Assembly: GCF_030028105.1 (NCBI RefSeq)
Contig: NC_092379.1
Coordinates: forward strand, 19,507,309-19,571,308
Length of the DNA: 64,000 bases
Direction of reading: 5' to 3'
DNA from: Mobula birostris
Lineage: Eukaryota
Position 1 is the first letter of the stretch. Each line of letters starts with the position of its first letter. Under the pieces are notes generated by a model. That model ran no database searches. It was given only the letters and a program-made list of their open reading frames with translations, and had not been told where the DNA came from. A program made the position numbers and the translations under genes. Of the stretch, positions 1-11,349 are shown piece after piece.

Positions 1-1078
1 GGTTTGCATTAATCTAGCACTTGTTTAATGTTTTCTCTCCTTGTGTGTTTTACTCCAGTATCTGTTATATTTTCCTGCATTGGCATTTTTTTTCTCAAAA
101 TGCTCTCTCTTACTGACATCACATTAGAACATGTACATGGTTGATGTCCAGTTCTGAGTCACCTGTACTAGTACCAACACCTCCACACTCTCTGATGGGG
201 GATGCTGCAGGATGCACGAAGTTTCCTCAGATGAACACTGCGAAGACCAAAAGCTTTTGTTCCCACAGTGAGTTCTGTTCCAGGTCACTGATGCTGTTGT
301 CCCTTTTCACTGACCTGAGATCAAAAATACAGGCTGACTTGGCTGTTCACTGTAGTACAGAGGGACAGAGGTGCTGCCTTTCTGCTGAGACATTGAAGGG
401 AGAACATAAGAAAATTAGCTGAATGTGTGGGGCTACACTCATATATTAGAGGCTGGAAATCTCTCCGATATTTGTCCTGGGATGCATTACCCACTTGTTG
501 TACTTGGAGGCAGGTGGGCTGAATGGCTACCCTCAGTTTTATCAACTCCAGTCACTCAATTTTCTCCTTTTCTTTGTTTTAATTCACATAATTTCAAATT
601 GTGACATAAACTCCAGGGGAAGATTGAAAGAAAAGCTACAGGCAATGATTTCCACAGCACCTGATTTACAAAATATGACGGAGCAAGATCCCGAGTCCAC
701 CACACTCCCCCTCCCCATTTCACCTTCTTGCTCTGTAACAATAATCCCCCTTCTCACTTCCCTCTTCTCTTTCATTGACCACTAGCCCATCCCCTGGTCC
801 CCATTCCTAGGCCTTAACCCTGCCTTCCTCTCCCCTCTTGTATACCCCCTCCAGGGTCACATATCCTGCCATTTTCCCAATGTATCATCCACTGCTGTCC
901 CTCCACCCACCTAACCGGCTCTGTGCCCCCATTTCCCATCTGGCATCCCCGGTGCATTTAGAGGTTTTTTTCCTGAAATGAGCAGTTGCAGTGCAGTAGC
1001 CTCGGATTGCCGAGTGAGTGAGATGGAGACTCCATTTCCAAACATCGCAGGCACACGGGGATCCCTTGATTGAATGTG
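1..1078 (-). pseudogene. Orphan paralogous copy of the IgW 3' end (TM2 3'UTR plus downstream flank), with no coding exon
   Basis: Aligns collinearly to 39590-40892. Segment 841-1078 vs 40655-40892 has 10 mismatches in 238 bp; the distal part is much more diverged and carries a ~240 bp indel. Homology stops 17 bp short of the TM2 stop codon, at a CR1 junction. Confidence 0.9.
300..400 (+). mobile_element. Degraded shark tRNA-derived/Deu-domain SINE remnant (also present in the paralogous copy)
   Basis: ctgtagtacagagggacagaggtgctgcctttctgctgagacattgaag resembles the recalled Deu-SINE core cagtactgagggag...gaggtgccgtctttcagatgagacgttaaac. Confidence 0.45.
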
Positions 1079-1550
1079 CTGCAATATGTAGATCAGCCAA
1101 CTGGAGGAGAGGCTGTACTTGATCTGGAATTTGGAAATGAACCTGGTCATGTGTCAGATCTCTTGGTGGGAGGGTATTTTGGAGGTAGTGATCACAACTC
1201 TATCTCCTTTACCATAGCGCTGGAGAGGGATAGGAGCAGACAATTTGGGGAAAGATTTAACTGGGGTAGGGGAAAATATGATGCTATCAGGTAGGAACTT
1301 GGAGCATAAACTGGGAGCAGACGTTCTCAGGGAAATTCATGGCAGAAATTTGACAAATGATCAGAGAAAATTTTCATGGTGCTCTGCATTGGTATGCTCC
1401 ATTGAGGCAGGGAAAGGATGGTAGCGTAAAAGAACCAAAGGATGTGGAAAACCTAGTTAAGAAGGAAAGCTCAAAAACTCGTTTATAATAGAGTTCTAGA
1501 GAATTGCAAAGTTTCCAGGAAGGAGTTTAAGAATGAAATTAGGAGAGCTG
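1079..1550 (+). mobile_element. CR1 LINE ORF2 fragment (end of APE endonuclease and linker)
   Basis: LQYVDQPTGGEAVLDLEFGNEPGHVSDL...GGSDHNSISF (SDH motif). Confidence 0.9.
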
Positions 1551-3465
1551 GTAATAGATATTTCAACCCTGGGAAACAGATACTCTCCATCCACTCTGTC
1601 TATGCCTCCCATAATCTTGTAAACCTCCATCAGATCTCCTCTCAGCCACCAACGTTCCAGGGAATACAACCCATTTGAACAACCTCTCGTGATAGCACAT
1701 GCCCTCTAAACCAGGCAGCATCCTGGTAAACCTCTTTTGCACCCTCTGCAAAGCCTCAACATCCTTCCTATAGTGGGGCAACCAGAACCGTACGCAATGC
1801 TCCAGATGTGACCTGACGTTGAGTTTCCAGGCAGCATCCTCACTTTTGAATGCAATGCCATGTCTAATAAAAGCAAGCATTCCATAAACCTTGTTAGCCA
1901 CATTATTGACCTCTGTAGCCAGTTTCAAGGAGTCTGAACTTGGATCCCAAGATCTCTCTGCTCAGCAACACTGTTGAGGAACTTGCCCTGTACTGTCTGC
2001 TTGCATTTTCCCTCCCGAGGTGCAACACCTCACGTTTATCTGGGTTAAACTTCAACTGCCATTTCTCAGCCCATATCTGCAACAGATCTACATCATGCTG
2101 CATTCTTTGCCAGTTTTCTACATTATCCACAACTCCACCAATCTTGGAATCATCCACAAATTTACTAACCCAACGATATGCATTTTCATCCAGATCATTT
2201 ATATACATTACAAACAGCAGAGGCCTCAGCACAGATCCCTGCAGCACTCCAGTAACAACAGACCTCCAGCTCAAATGTCTTTTCAACCACTACTCCTGTC
2301 TTCTATGCGCAAGCTAGTTCTGAATCGAAACACCCAATTTGCCGCGGATCCCATGCATCTTAATCTTCTGGATTAGCTTCCCATGAAGGACTTTGTCAAA
2401 TGCCTTCCTAAGATCCATGTAGACAACAACCACTGCCCTCCCCTCATCAGCCTGTCTTGTCACCTTGTTAAAAAAATCAATCAAGTTGGTACGGCACGAC
2501 CTGCCATACACAAAGCCATGCTGGCTCTCCCTAATTAGGCCATGGGTTTCCAAGTGTTTAGATATTTTATCCCTATGATTTTCCTTCAGCAATTTCTCTA
2601 CAACTGATGTGTGACTCACCGGTCTATAGTCCCCAGAATTTGCACTTCTTCCCTCATTAAATACAGGTGCAACATTGGCCACTCTCCAGTACTCTGGGAC
2701 CTCACCTGTGGTGGGAGAGGATGCAAAGATACTGGTCAAGACCTAAGTAATCTCACCTCTTGCCTCCTTCAGTAACCTGGGGTAAATCCCATCAGGCCCA
2801 GAGGCCTTATCCATCTTAATCCTCATTAGGAGGCCCAACATTTCTGCTTCCTTTACTTCCAAATACCGTAATGTATTTATATACTCAGCATTGATCTCCT
2901 GGTCCTCCACATCCTTTTCCTTGGTAAATACTGAGGTGAAGTTCTCATTAAGTACCTCACTCACATTCCCTGCTCCAAGCAAATGTTCCCCTCTTTATTC
3001 TTGAGTGGTCCCACCCTTTCCCGAGTTAACCTCTTACTCTTAATGTATGTATAGAATGCCTTGGGATTCACCTTAATCCTACTTGCCAAAGACATTTAAC
3101 GGCCCCTCCTAGCTTTCCTTAATTATTTTAATTCCTTTCTGGTTTCTTTATACTCCTCAAGTGCTTCATTTTGATCCTGATTTCTGAAGCTTTACATACT
3201 TTTTCTTTTTCTTCATGACTAAATTCATCACCTCTCTGGACAACCAAGGTTCTTGTATCTTTCCATCCCCATTCTTCCTTCTGACAGGAACATATCTTTC
3301 CTGTATTCTGTGCAATTGCTCTTTAAACACCCTTCATGTGTCTAATGTGGACTTGAGAGTGAAAATATGTTCCCAATTAACTCTTATTAGTTCCTGCCAA
3401 ATGCCCTTGTAAATTGCCCGACCTCAATTTAAAACCTTTCCACAAGGACCATACCTATCCTTGTC
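1551..3465 (-). mobile_element. CR1 LINE ORF2, decayed (subfamily B; first copy of the composite unit)
   Basis: Broken RT ORFs: GVLQGSVLRPLLFVMYINDLD...FVDDSK, YRPVSHTSVVEKL, QHGFVYGRSC, YMDLRKAFDKV. Confidence 0.92.
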
Positions 3466-3469
3466 TACA

Positions 3470-4714
3470 AACAGAATCACAATCAGAATCAGAATCAGGT
3501 TTGTTATCACCAGCATGTGTCATGAAATTCTTTACTTAGCAGCAGCAGTTGAATGCAATACATAATATAAAAGAAGAAGAAAAAAAAATCACGGTATCCA
3601 TATATTGAATAGATTAAAACTCATGCAAAAACAGAAATAATGTACATTTTGTAAGTGAGGTAGTGTTTACGGGTTCAGTGTCCATTTAGGAATCAGATGT
3701 CAGAGGGGAAGAAGTTGTTCCTGAATCGCTGAGTGTGAGCCTTCAGGCTGCTGTATCTCCTACCTGATGGTAACAGTGAGAAAAGGTCATACGCTGGGTG
3801 CTGGTTGGCGTTAATAATGGACGCTGCCTTTCTAAGACACCACTCCTTGAAAATGTCCTGAGTACTTTGTAGGCTAGTACCCAAGATAGAATCAACTAAG
3901 TTTACAACCTTCTGCAGTTTCTTTCAGTCCTGTGCAGGAGCAACCGCCCACCCATACCAGACAATGATGCAGCCTGTCAGAATGCTCTTCACAGTACATC
4001 CACAGAAGTTTTCGAGTGTTTTTGTTGACATACCAAATCTCTTCAAGCTCCTAATTAAGTGTAGTCACTGTCTTGCCTTCTTTATAGCTGCATCCATATG
4101 TTGGGAGCAGGTTAGGTGCTCAGAGATCTTGACACCAAGGAACTTGAAATGGCTCACTGTCTCCACTTCTGATCTCTTTACGAGGATTGATACGTGTTTC
4201 TTGATCTTACCCTTCCTGAAGTCCACAATCAACTCTTTCATCTTACAGACACTGAGTGAAAGGTTGTTGCTGTGACACCACTCCACTAGTTGGCATATCT
4301 CGCTCCTGTACGCCCTCTCGTAACCACCTGAGATTCCGCCAATAATGGTTGTATCATCAGCAAATTTATCCATAGAATTTTTAGCTATGCCTAGCCACAC
4401 AATCATGGATATAGACAGAGTAGAGCAATGGACTAAGCACACACCCCTGAGGTGCACCAGTTTTGATCGTCAGTGAGAGGAGATGTTATCACCAATTGTG
4501 GTCTTCCAGTTAGGAAGTCAAGGATCCAATTGCAGAGAGAGGTACAGAGGCCCAGGTTCTGTAACTTATCAGTCAGGATTGTGGGAATGATGGTGTTAAA
4601 TGCTGAGCTACAGTCGATGAACAGCATCCTGAAATAGGTGTTTGTATTGTACAGGTGGTCTAAGGCCACATGAAGAGCCACTGAGATTGCATCTGCCGTT
4701 GACCTATTGTGGCA
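3470..4714 (-). mobile_element. Rex1/Babar-type LINE, 5'-truncated
   Basis: RT motifs [41 protein letters not shown]; 3' (CTGATT)n tail at about 3475-3497. Confidence 0.88.
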
Positions 4715-4715
4715 A

Positions 4716-5920
4716 TACTCTGGAGTAGAAGTACAGTCAGGTGATCTGACTTCCTGAAGTGAGGGCGTGGAATAGCACAGTAGGCTGAAAGATCCTGAAA
4801 GATTAGGAATTGTGGTCACTGTTCATCCACTGAAAGGTCAATCACTTGGTCAGGATCATTACCCAACTCTAGGTACAGTATGGCCCCTCCTTTCATTGGA
4901 CTGTGCACATATTGATTTAAGAAACCTTCCTGGATGCACTAAACAAATTCAGCCCCGTCTGAACCCCTCACACTAAGAAGGTCCCAGTTTATATTCGGGA
5001 ATTTTAAATTTCCCACGACAACAACCCCATTATTTTTACACATTTTCTTAATCAGATTACATATCTGTTCCTCAATGTCCTGGTGGCTATTAGGGGGTCT
5101 GTAGCACATAACACATAGGGGCTGGAGTGGGCCATCTGGCCCGTCGAGCCTTCTCTGCCATTCAATAAGATCATGGCTAATCTGGCCATGGACTCATCGC
5201 CACCTACCTACCTTTTCTCCATAACCCTTAATTCCCCTACTATGCAAAAATCTATCCAACCTTTTCTTAAGTATATTTACTGAGGTAGCCTCCACTGCTT
5301 CATTGGGCTGAGAATTCCAGATTCATCACTCTCTGGGAAAAGTAGTTCCTCCTCACCTCTGTCCTAAATCTGTCTCCCCGAATCCTGAGGTTATGTCCCC
5401 GAGTTCAATCCCATCAGTGTGTTTGCACCCTGCCTGTTCTTGAGTTTCACTCAAATGGACTCAGTTTCTGACCCCTCCGTTATGTTTCCTCTGAGTGCAG
5501 CTGTGACATTGTCCCTGATTGGTAATGCAAACATCCCCCCCTTTTACCTCCTCCTCTATCTTTTCTAAAACTTCAAAAACCTGGTACATTAATCACCGAT
5601 TCCTGCCCCTCTGTCAACCAAATTTCAGCGATAGTTACAACATCGTAGTTCCATGTACTGATTCATGCTCTAATTTCATCACCCTTACCCATAATACTCC
5701 CAGCATTAAAATATACACACTTTAAACTATCTGACCCATCATGCCTGTTATTTCAGTTTTGCCTTTCAATACCTTCACTGACATCTAACTTAAGGTCAGA
5801 TCCTTTCCCCTGCTGTCCAGGGGCTCTGGTTCTCACCTCGTGCAAAACTAGGTTAAACTCTCCCAAGTAGCATCAGCAAAGCCAGGATGTTGGTTCCCCT
5901 TCAGTTCGGGTGCAACCCGT
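4716..5920 (-). mobile_element. Continuation of CR1-B (endonuclease start and ORF1 end), interrupted by a separate CR1 3' end at about 5106-5400
   Basis: Reverse-strand CR1 endonuclease sequence homologous to 60540-60772; the 5106-5400 piece has a typical CR1 3'UTR. Confidence 0.75.
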
Positions 5921-8165
5921 CTCAATCTACCTGTATATTGAAATTCCCGATGACTATCTTATCATTGCACTTTTGACACACATTTTCGATCTCCTGTTGT
6001 AATTTGTAGACCACGTCTTTGCTGCTGTTTGCAGGTCTGTACATAACTCCCATCAGGGTCTTTAACCATTGCAGTTTCTTAGGTATACACAGAACAATAC
6101 TGCATCTTCCAATCCTATGTCACTTCTTTCTAATGATTTGGTTTAATTTTTTATCAACACAGCAACACCACTCTCTCAGCATACCAGCTTGTCTTTTCAA
6201 TATAACGTGTGTCCTTGGACATCAAGCTCCCAACTATAATCTTCTTTCAGCTACGATTCAGTGATGCCTACAATATCATACATGCCAGTCTGTAGCTGTG
6301 TTACAAGTTAATCTACTTTATTCTGTATACTGAGTGAATTCAAAGATAACACTTTCAATCCTGTATTCAACACCCTTTTTGTTTTCTGACTCCCTTTTAC
6401 ATTGCAACTCATCCCATTGACTGCAGTTTTGCCCTGTCATCAGCCTCGGCTTGCTCGCAGTCTCACTACACACTGCCTTTGTTTGTTTGTTTCATGTTGA
6501 TATTAAGGGAGAGGAGGTGTCATGTCGATATTAAGGGAGAGGAGGTGTTGGAGTTGTTAAAATACATTAGGACGGATAAGTCCCCGGGGCCTGACGGAAT
6601 ATTCCCCAGGCTGCTCCACGAGGTGAGGGAAGAGATTGCTGAGCCTCTGGCTAGGATCTTTATGTCCTCGTTGTCCACGAAAATGGTACCGGAGGATTGG
6701 AGGGAGGCGAATGATGTCCCCTTGTTCAAAAAAGGTAGTAGGTATAGTCCGGGTAATTATAGACCAGTGAGCCTTACGTCTGTGGTGGGAAAGCTGTTGG
6801 AAAAGATTCTTAGAGATAGGATCTCTGGGCATTTAGAGAATCATGGTCTGATCAGGGACAGTCAGCATGGCTTTGTGAAGGGCAGATCATGTCTAACAAG
6901 CCTGATAGAGTTCTTTGAGGAGGTGACCAGGCATATAGATGAGGGTAGTGCAGTGGATGTAATCTACATGGATTTTAGTAAGGCATTTGACAAGGTTCTA
7001 CACAGTAGGCTTATTCAGAAAGTCAGAAGGCATGGGATCCAGGGAAGGTTGGCCAGGTGGATTCAGAATTGGCTTGCCTGCAGAAGGCAGAGGGTCATGG
7101 TGGGGGGAGTACATTCAGATTGGAGGATTGTGAGTTGTGGTGTCCCACAAGGATCTGTTCTGGGACCTCTACTTTTCGTGATTTTTATTAACGACCTGGA
7201 TGTGGGGGTAGAAGGGTGGGTTGGCAAGTTTGCAGACGACACAAAGGTTGGTGGTGTTGTAGGTAGTGTAGAGGATTGTCAAAGATTGCAGAAAGACATT
7301 GATAGGATGCAGAAGTGGGCTGAGAAGTGGCAGATGGAGTTCAACCTGAAGAAGTGTGAGGTGGTACACTTTGGAAGGACAAACTCCAAGGCAGAGTAAA
7401 TGGCAGGATACTTGGTAGTGTGGAGGAGCAGAGGGATCTCGGGGTACATGTCCACAGATCCCTGAAAGTTGCCTCACAGGTGGATAGGGTAGTTAAGAAA
7501 GCTTATGGTGTGTTAGCTTTCATAAGTCGAGGGATAGAGTTTAAGAGTCGTGATGTAATGATGCAGCTCTATAAAACTCTGGTTAGGCCACACTTGGAGT
7601 ACTGTGTCCATTTCTGGTCTCCTCACTATAGGAGGGATGTGGAAGCATTGGAAAGGGTACAGAGGAGATTTACCAGGATGTTGCTGGTTTAGAGAGAATG
7701 CATTATGATCAGAGATTAAGGGAGCTAGGGCTTTACTCTTTGGAGAGAAGGAGGATGAGAGGAGACATGATAGAGGTGTACAAGGTAATGAGAGGAATAG
7801 ATAGAGTGGATAGCCAGTGCCTCTTCCCCAGGGCACCACTGCTCAATACAAGAGGACATGGCTTTAAGGTAAGGGGTTGGAAGTTCAAGGGGGATATTAG
7901 AGGAAGGTTTTTCACTCAGACAGTGGTTGGTGCGTGGAATGCACTGCCTGAGTCTGTGGTGGAGGCAGATACACTAGTGAAGTTTAAGAGACTACTAGAC
8001 AGGTATATGGAGGAATTTAAGGTGGGGCCTTATTTGGGAGGCAGGGTTTGAGGGTCAGTACAACATTGTGGGCCGAAGGGCCTGTACTGTGAAGTACTAT
8101 TCTATGTTCTGTGTTCTATGTTCTATGTAAACCAACAACTTGATCTTCAGCCTTATCACTCCACT
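5921..8165 (-). mobile_element. CR1 subfamily A endonuclease-region fragment (5921-6492 and 8129-8165), split by a younger CR1
   Basis: Homologous to 49154-49720 and 60773-61500. The sequence cactgc..tgtttgt|aaaccaacaac is split exactly by the 6493-8128 insertion. Confidence 0.75.
6493..8128 (+). mobile_element. Young CR1 LINE, 5'-truncated (RT to 3' tail)
   Basis: 306-aa ORF with YRPVSLTSVVGKLLE, QHGFVKGRSCLT, DFSKAFDKV, GVPQGSVLGP, FADDTK; (TTCTATG)n tail at 8100-8128. Confidence 0.95.
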
Positions 8166-8169
8166 TAAT

Positions 8170-8712
8170 TGATTATAGATTAGAATTAGAAACTGCAGAT
8201 ACCTTTAAATTTTTAAGAAATTGGTTTGATAAAAATCTCATATGGTCAACACATATTAAAGAAATAATAACCAGAAGTAAGAAAGTGCTAAATATTATGA
8301 GGTGTTTAACAGGAACGGAGCAGGGAGCCGATAGGAAATCGTTGAAAGCAATATATAGGACTAATAAGATCAATATTGGACTATGGAAGTATGGTATATG
8401 GACCAGCATCACACTGTGTGCTCAATAAACTGGATATAATTCAAATTCAAGCATTAAGCTTAATCAGTGGGGCAATGAGGACAACACCAGTGGCTGGCAA
8501 TGCAGGTGGAGTTGGGAGAGACACCTCTGGAACTGAGAAGATCACAGCTTGTGGTAACATATTGGGTAAACCTACAAGGGCCTGGAGAAAATCATCCAAG
8601 TGAACAGCTTCTAGATCGATGCTGGGAAAAGGAAAGAAGGAAATTCAGAAGTTTTGCACGGACTATTGAAGGGAAAGCAGAAAGGACAGGAATTAGTAAT
8701 AAGGCAGAATAG
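8170..8712 (+). mobile_element. I/Nimb-clade LINE fragment (RT thumb region)
   Basis: DYGSMVYGPASHCVLNKLDIIQIQALSLISGAMRTTP, MQVELGETPLELRR; high similarity to 50139-50530. Confidence 0.8.
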
Positions 8713-10455
8713 GTACGGAGCATAGATTGTTCCACAAAGCCAACAGAAAGGCAGGCATAGCTAGGACCGCTTCTTTTTGGATTCCAGACCTAATCAGTTC
8801 CCCTCTACCACCACTTTGCTCCGTCTAGCGGAATTAGTCCTTACTCTTAATAATTTCTCCTTGGGCTCCTCCCACTTCCTCCAAACTAAAGGTGTAGCTA
8901 TGGGCACCCGTATAGGTCCTAGTTATGCCTGCCTTTTTGTTGGCTTTGTGGAACAATCTATGTTACAAACCTATTCTGGTATCTGTCCCCAACTTTTCCT
9001 TCGCTACATCAATGACTGCCTTGGCGCTGCTTCCTGCATGCATGCTGAGCTCATTGACTTTATTAACTTTGCCTCCAACTTTCACCCTGCCCTCAAGTTT
9101 ACCTGGTCCATTTCCAACACCTCTCTCCCCTTTCTAGATCTTTCTGTCTCTATCTCTGGAGACAGCTTACCCACTGATGTCTACTATAAGCCTACTGACT
9201 CTCACAACTACCTAGACTGCCACCCTGTCTCTTGCAAAAATGCCATCCCCTTCTCGCAATTCCTCCGTCTCCGCCGCATCTGCTCTCAGGATGAGGCTTT
9301 TCATTCCAGGATGAGGGAGATGTCCTTTTTTAAAGAAAGGGGCTTCCCTTCCTCCACCATCAACTCTGCTCTCAAACGCATCTCCCCCATTTCACCCACA
9401 TCTGCCCTCGCTCCATCCTCCCGCCACCCCACTAGGGATAGGGTTCCTCTTGTCTTCACCTACCACCCCACCAGCCTCCGGGTGCAACATATTATTCTCC
9501 GTAACTTCCGCCACCTCCAACGGGATCCCACCACTAAGCACATCTTTCCCTCTCCCCCCTCTCTCTGCTTTCCGCAGGGATCACTCCCTACACGACTCCC
9601 TTGTCCATTCGTTCCCCCCCATCCCTCCCCACTGATCTCCCTCCTGGCACTTATCCTTGTAAGCGGAACAAGTGCTACACATGCCCTTACACTTCCTCCC
9701 TTACCACCATTCAGGGCCCCAGACAGTCCTTCCAGGTGAGTCCTTCACCTGTGAGTCGGCTGGGGTGACATACTGTGTCCGGTGCTCCCGATGTGGCCTT
9801 TTATATATTGGTGAGACCCGACGCAGACTGGGAGACCGCTTTGCTGAACACTTACATTCTGTCCGCCAGAGAAAGCAGGATCTCCCAGTGGCCACACATT
9901 TTAATTCCACATCCCATTCCCATTCTGACATGTCTATCCACGGCCTCCTCTACTGTAAAGATGAAGCCACACTCAGGTTGGAGGAACAACACCTTACATT
10001 CCGGCTGGGTAGCCTCCAATCTGATGGCATGAACATTGACTTCTCTAACTTCTGCTAATGCTCCACCTCCCCCTTGTACCCCATCCGTTACTTATTTTTA
10101 TACATACATTCTTTCTTTCTCTCACTCTCCTTTTTCTCCCTCTGTCCCTCTGACTACACCCCTTGCCCATCCTCTGGGTTCCCCCTCCCACCTTGTCTTT
10201 CTCTCCGGACCTCCTGTCCCATGATCCTCTCATATCCCCTTTGCCAATCACCTGTCCAGCTCTTGGCTCCATCCCTCCCCCTCCTGTCTTCTCCTATCAT
10301 TTTGGATCTCCCCCTCCCCCTCCCATTTTCAAATCTCTTACTAACTCTTCCTTCAGTTAGTCCTGAGGAAGGGTCTTGGCCTGAAACGTCGACTGTACCT
10401 CTTCCTAGAGATGCTGCCTGGCCTGCTGCGTTCACCAGCAACTTTGATGTGTGTT
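8713..10455 (+). mobile_element. Penelope-like element (RT plus GIY-YIG endonuclease), 5'-truncated and inactive
   Basis: QTKGVAMGTRIGPSYACLF, FLRYIND (YIDD altered), then a frameshift to YCVRCSRCGLLYIGETRRRLGDRFAEH; characteristic 3' end gatgctgcctggcctgctgcgttcaccagc. Confidence 0.93.
10357..10396 (+). ncRNA. Minimal type I hammerhead ribozyme motif of the Penelope element
   Basis: agtc-CTGAGGA-AGG(gtcttgg)CCT-GAAA-CGTC|gact: core CUGANGA and GAAA, stem II AGG/CCT, stem I agtc/gact, GUC cleavage triplet. Confidence 0.8.
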
Positions 10456-10776
10456 GCTTAAAAAGTCCTGGATACAGACCAGACCATCACAGGTAAAGCC
10501 CTTGTTGTGACTGTGAACAGGGTCACCAGAGAGACTGAAGCTGGTGGAGATAGAAGTCCATTCAGCAAAACAAGCAGCAGGCATTATATTCCAGACACTC
10601 TTGGAAGAAGAGGCCTGCCTGACCCTATATTACATGACATTTTTATATGCTAAAAATCAAATGTAACAGCAGGACAATGCTGTAGTTATAAAGTATCCAG
10701 AATGCTCCTTTTGAATTACATATAATTTTCAAATACCTCCACCTTCACATCCACACCCAAGACACCCACAATGAAT

Positions 10777-11349
10777 TGTAACTCTCAGGTTTGGCTGGCC
10801 ACGTTAGTCGAGGGAAGACAGTCTCTGGCCCCACCAAACGTGTGAAATCTGAGGTGCCAAACCTCTTGTTTGCGTGGATGCTCATGATGTGTTCCCTTGT
10901 TACAAATCAATACCAAGAAATAACAAATGGTACACCATATACAATTAAATGATTTATCTTTACAATTCTTAATTTGACTAGAGGGTTAGTACAGGAAAAC
11001 AAAAAGAAAAGGGCCCACTTTAATGAAACAGTCTAACGTGCACGTTGGAGCTCACAGTTTCCCATCCATTAGCCCTCCACTGATTTCCCCCAGGTGTCGT
11101 TCACTCCCAGCCCCATTCCAAGTCCACTCCGTCCTGCAGTCTACGACCTCTCTGTTCTGGCATCTTCTCTCTCCATCTTTCGCTGAACGAAAGACCTCGA
11201 ACCACTCACTCTCAGGCACACAAGAAAAAACACTCCCTTCATTAGATGGCGCACATTTCAAAGCCCCGGTTATCTCGACTCATAACCCAAACACTGCTGC
11301 TACAGAACAACCATTACATTAGCAGTGAAACATTTCCCAGGACGTTACA
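10777..11349 (-). repeat. 3' LTR of the PNMA-like Gypsy
   Basis: TGTAAC...GTTACA; roughly 80-85% identical to 15690-16340. Confidence 0.9.

Noticed and set aside
264-270. CACAGTG heptamers at 264 and 51560
   Set aside because: No nonamer at either spacing; both are isolated 7-mers expected by chance.
141-1150. Several ORFs conserved between 141-1150 and 40034-40977
   Set aside because: Frames and stops differ between the copies and no protein motif is present; the similarity reflects duplicated UTR and flank DNA.
10480-10560. ggtcacc (VT) stretch resembling a JH segment
   Set aside because: No WG.G motif, RSS or donor site in any frame.
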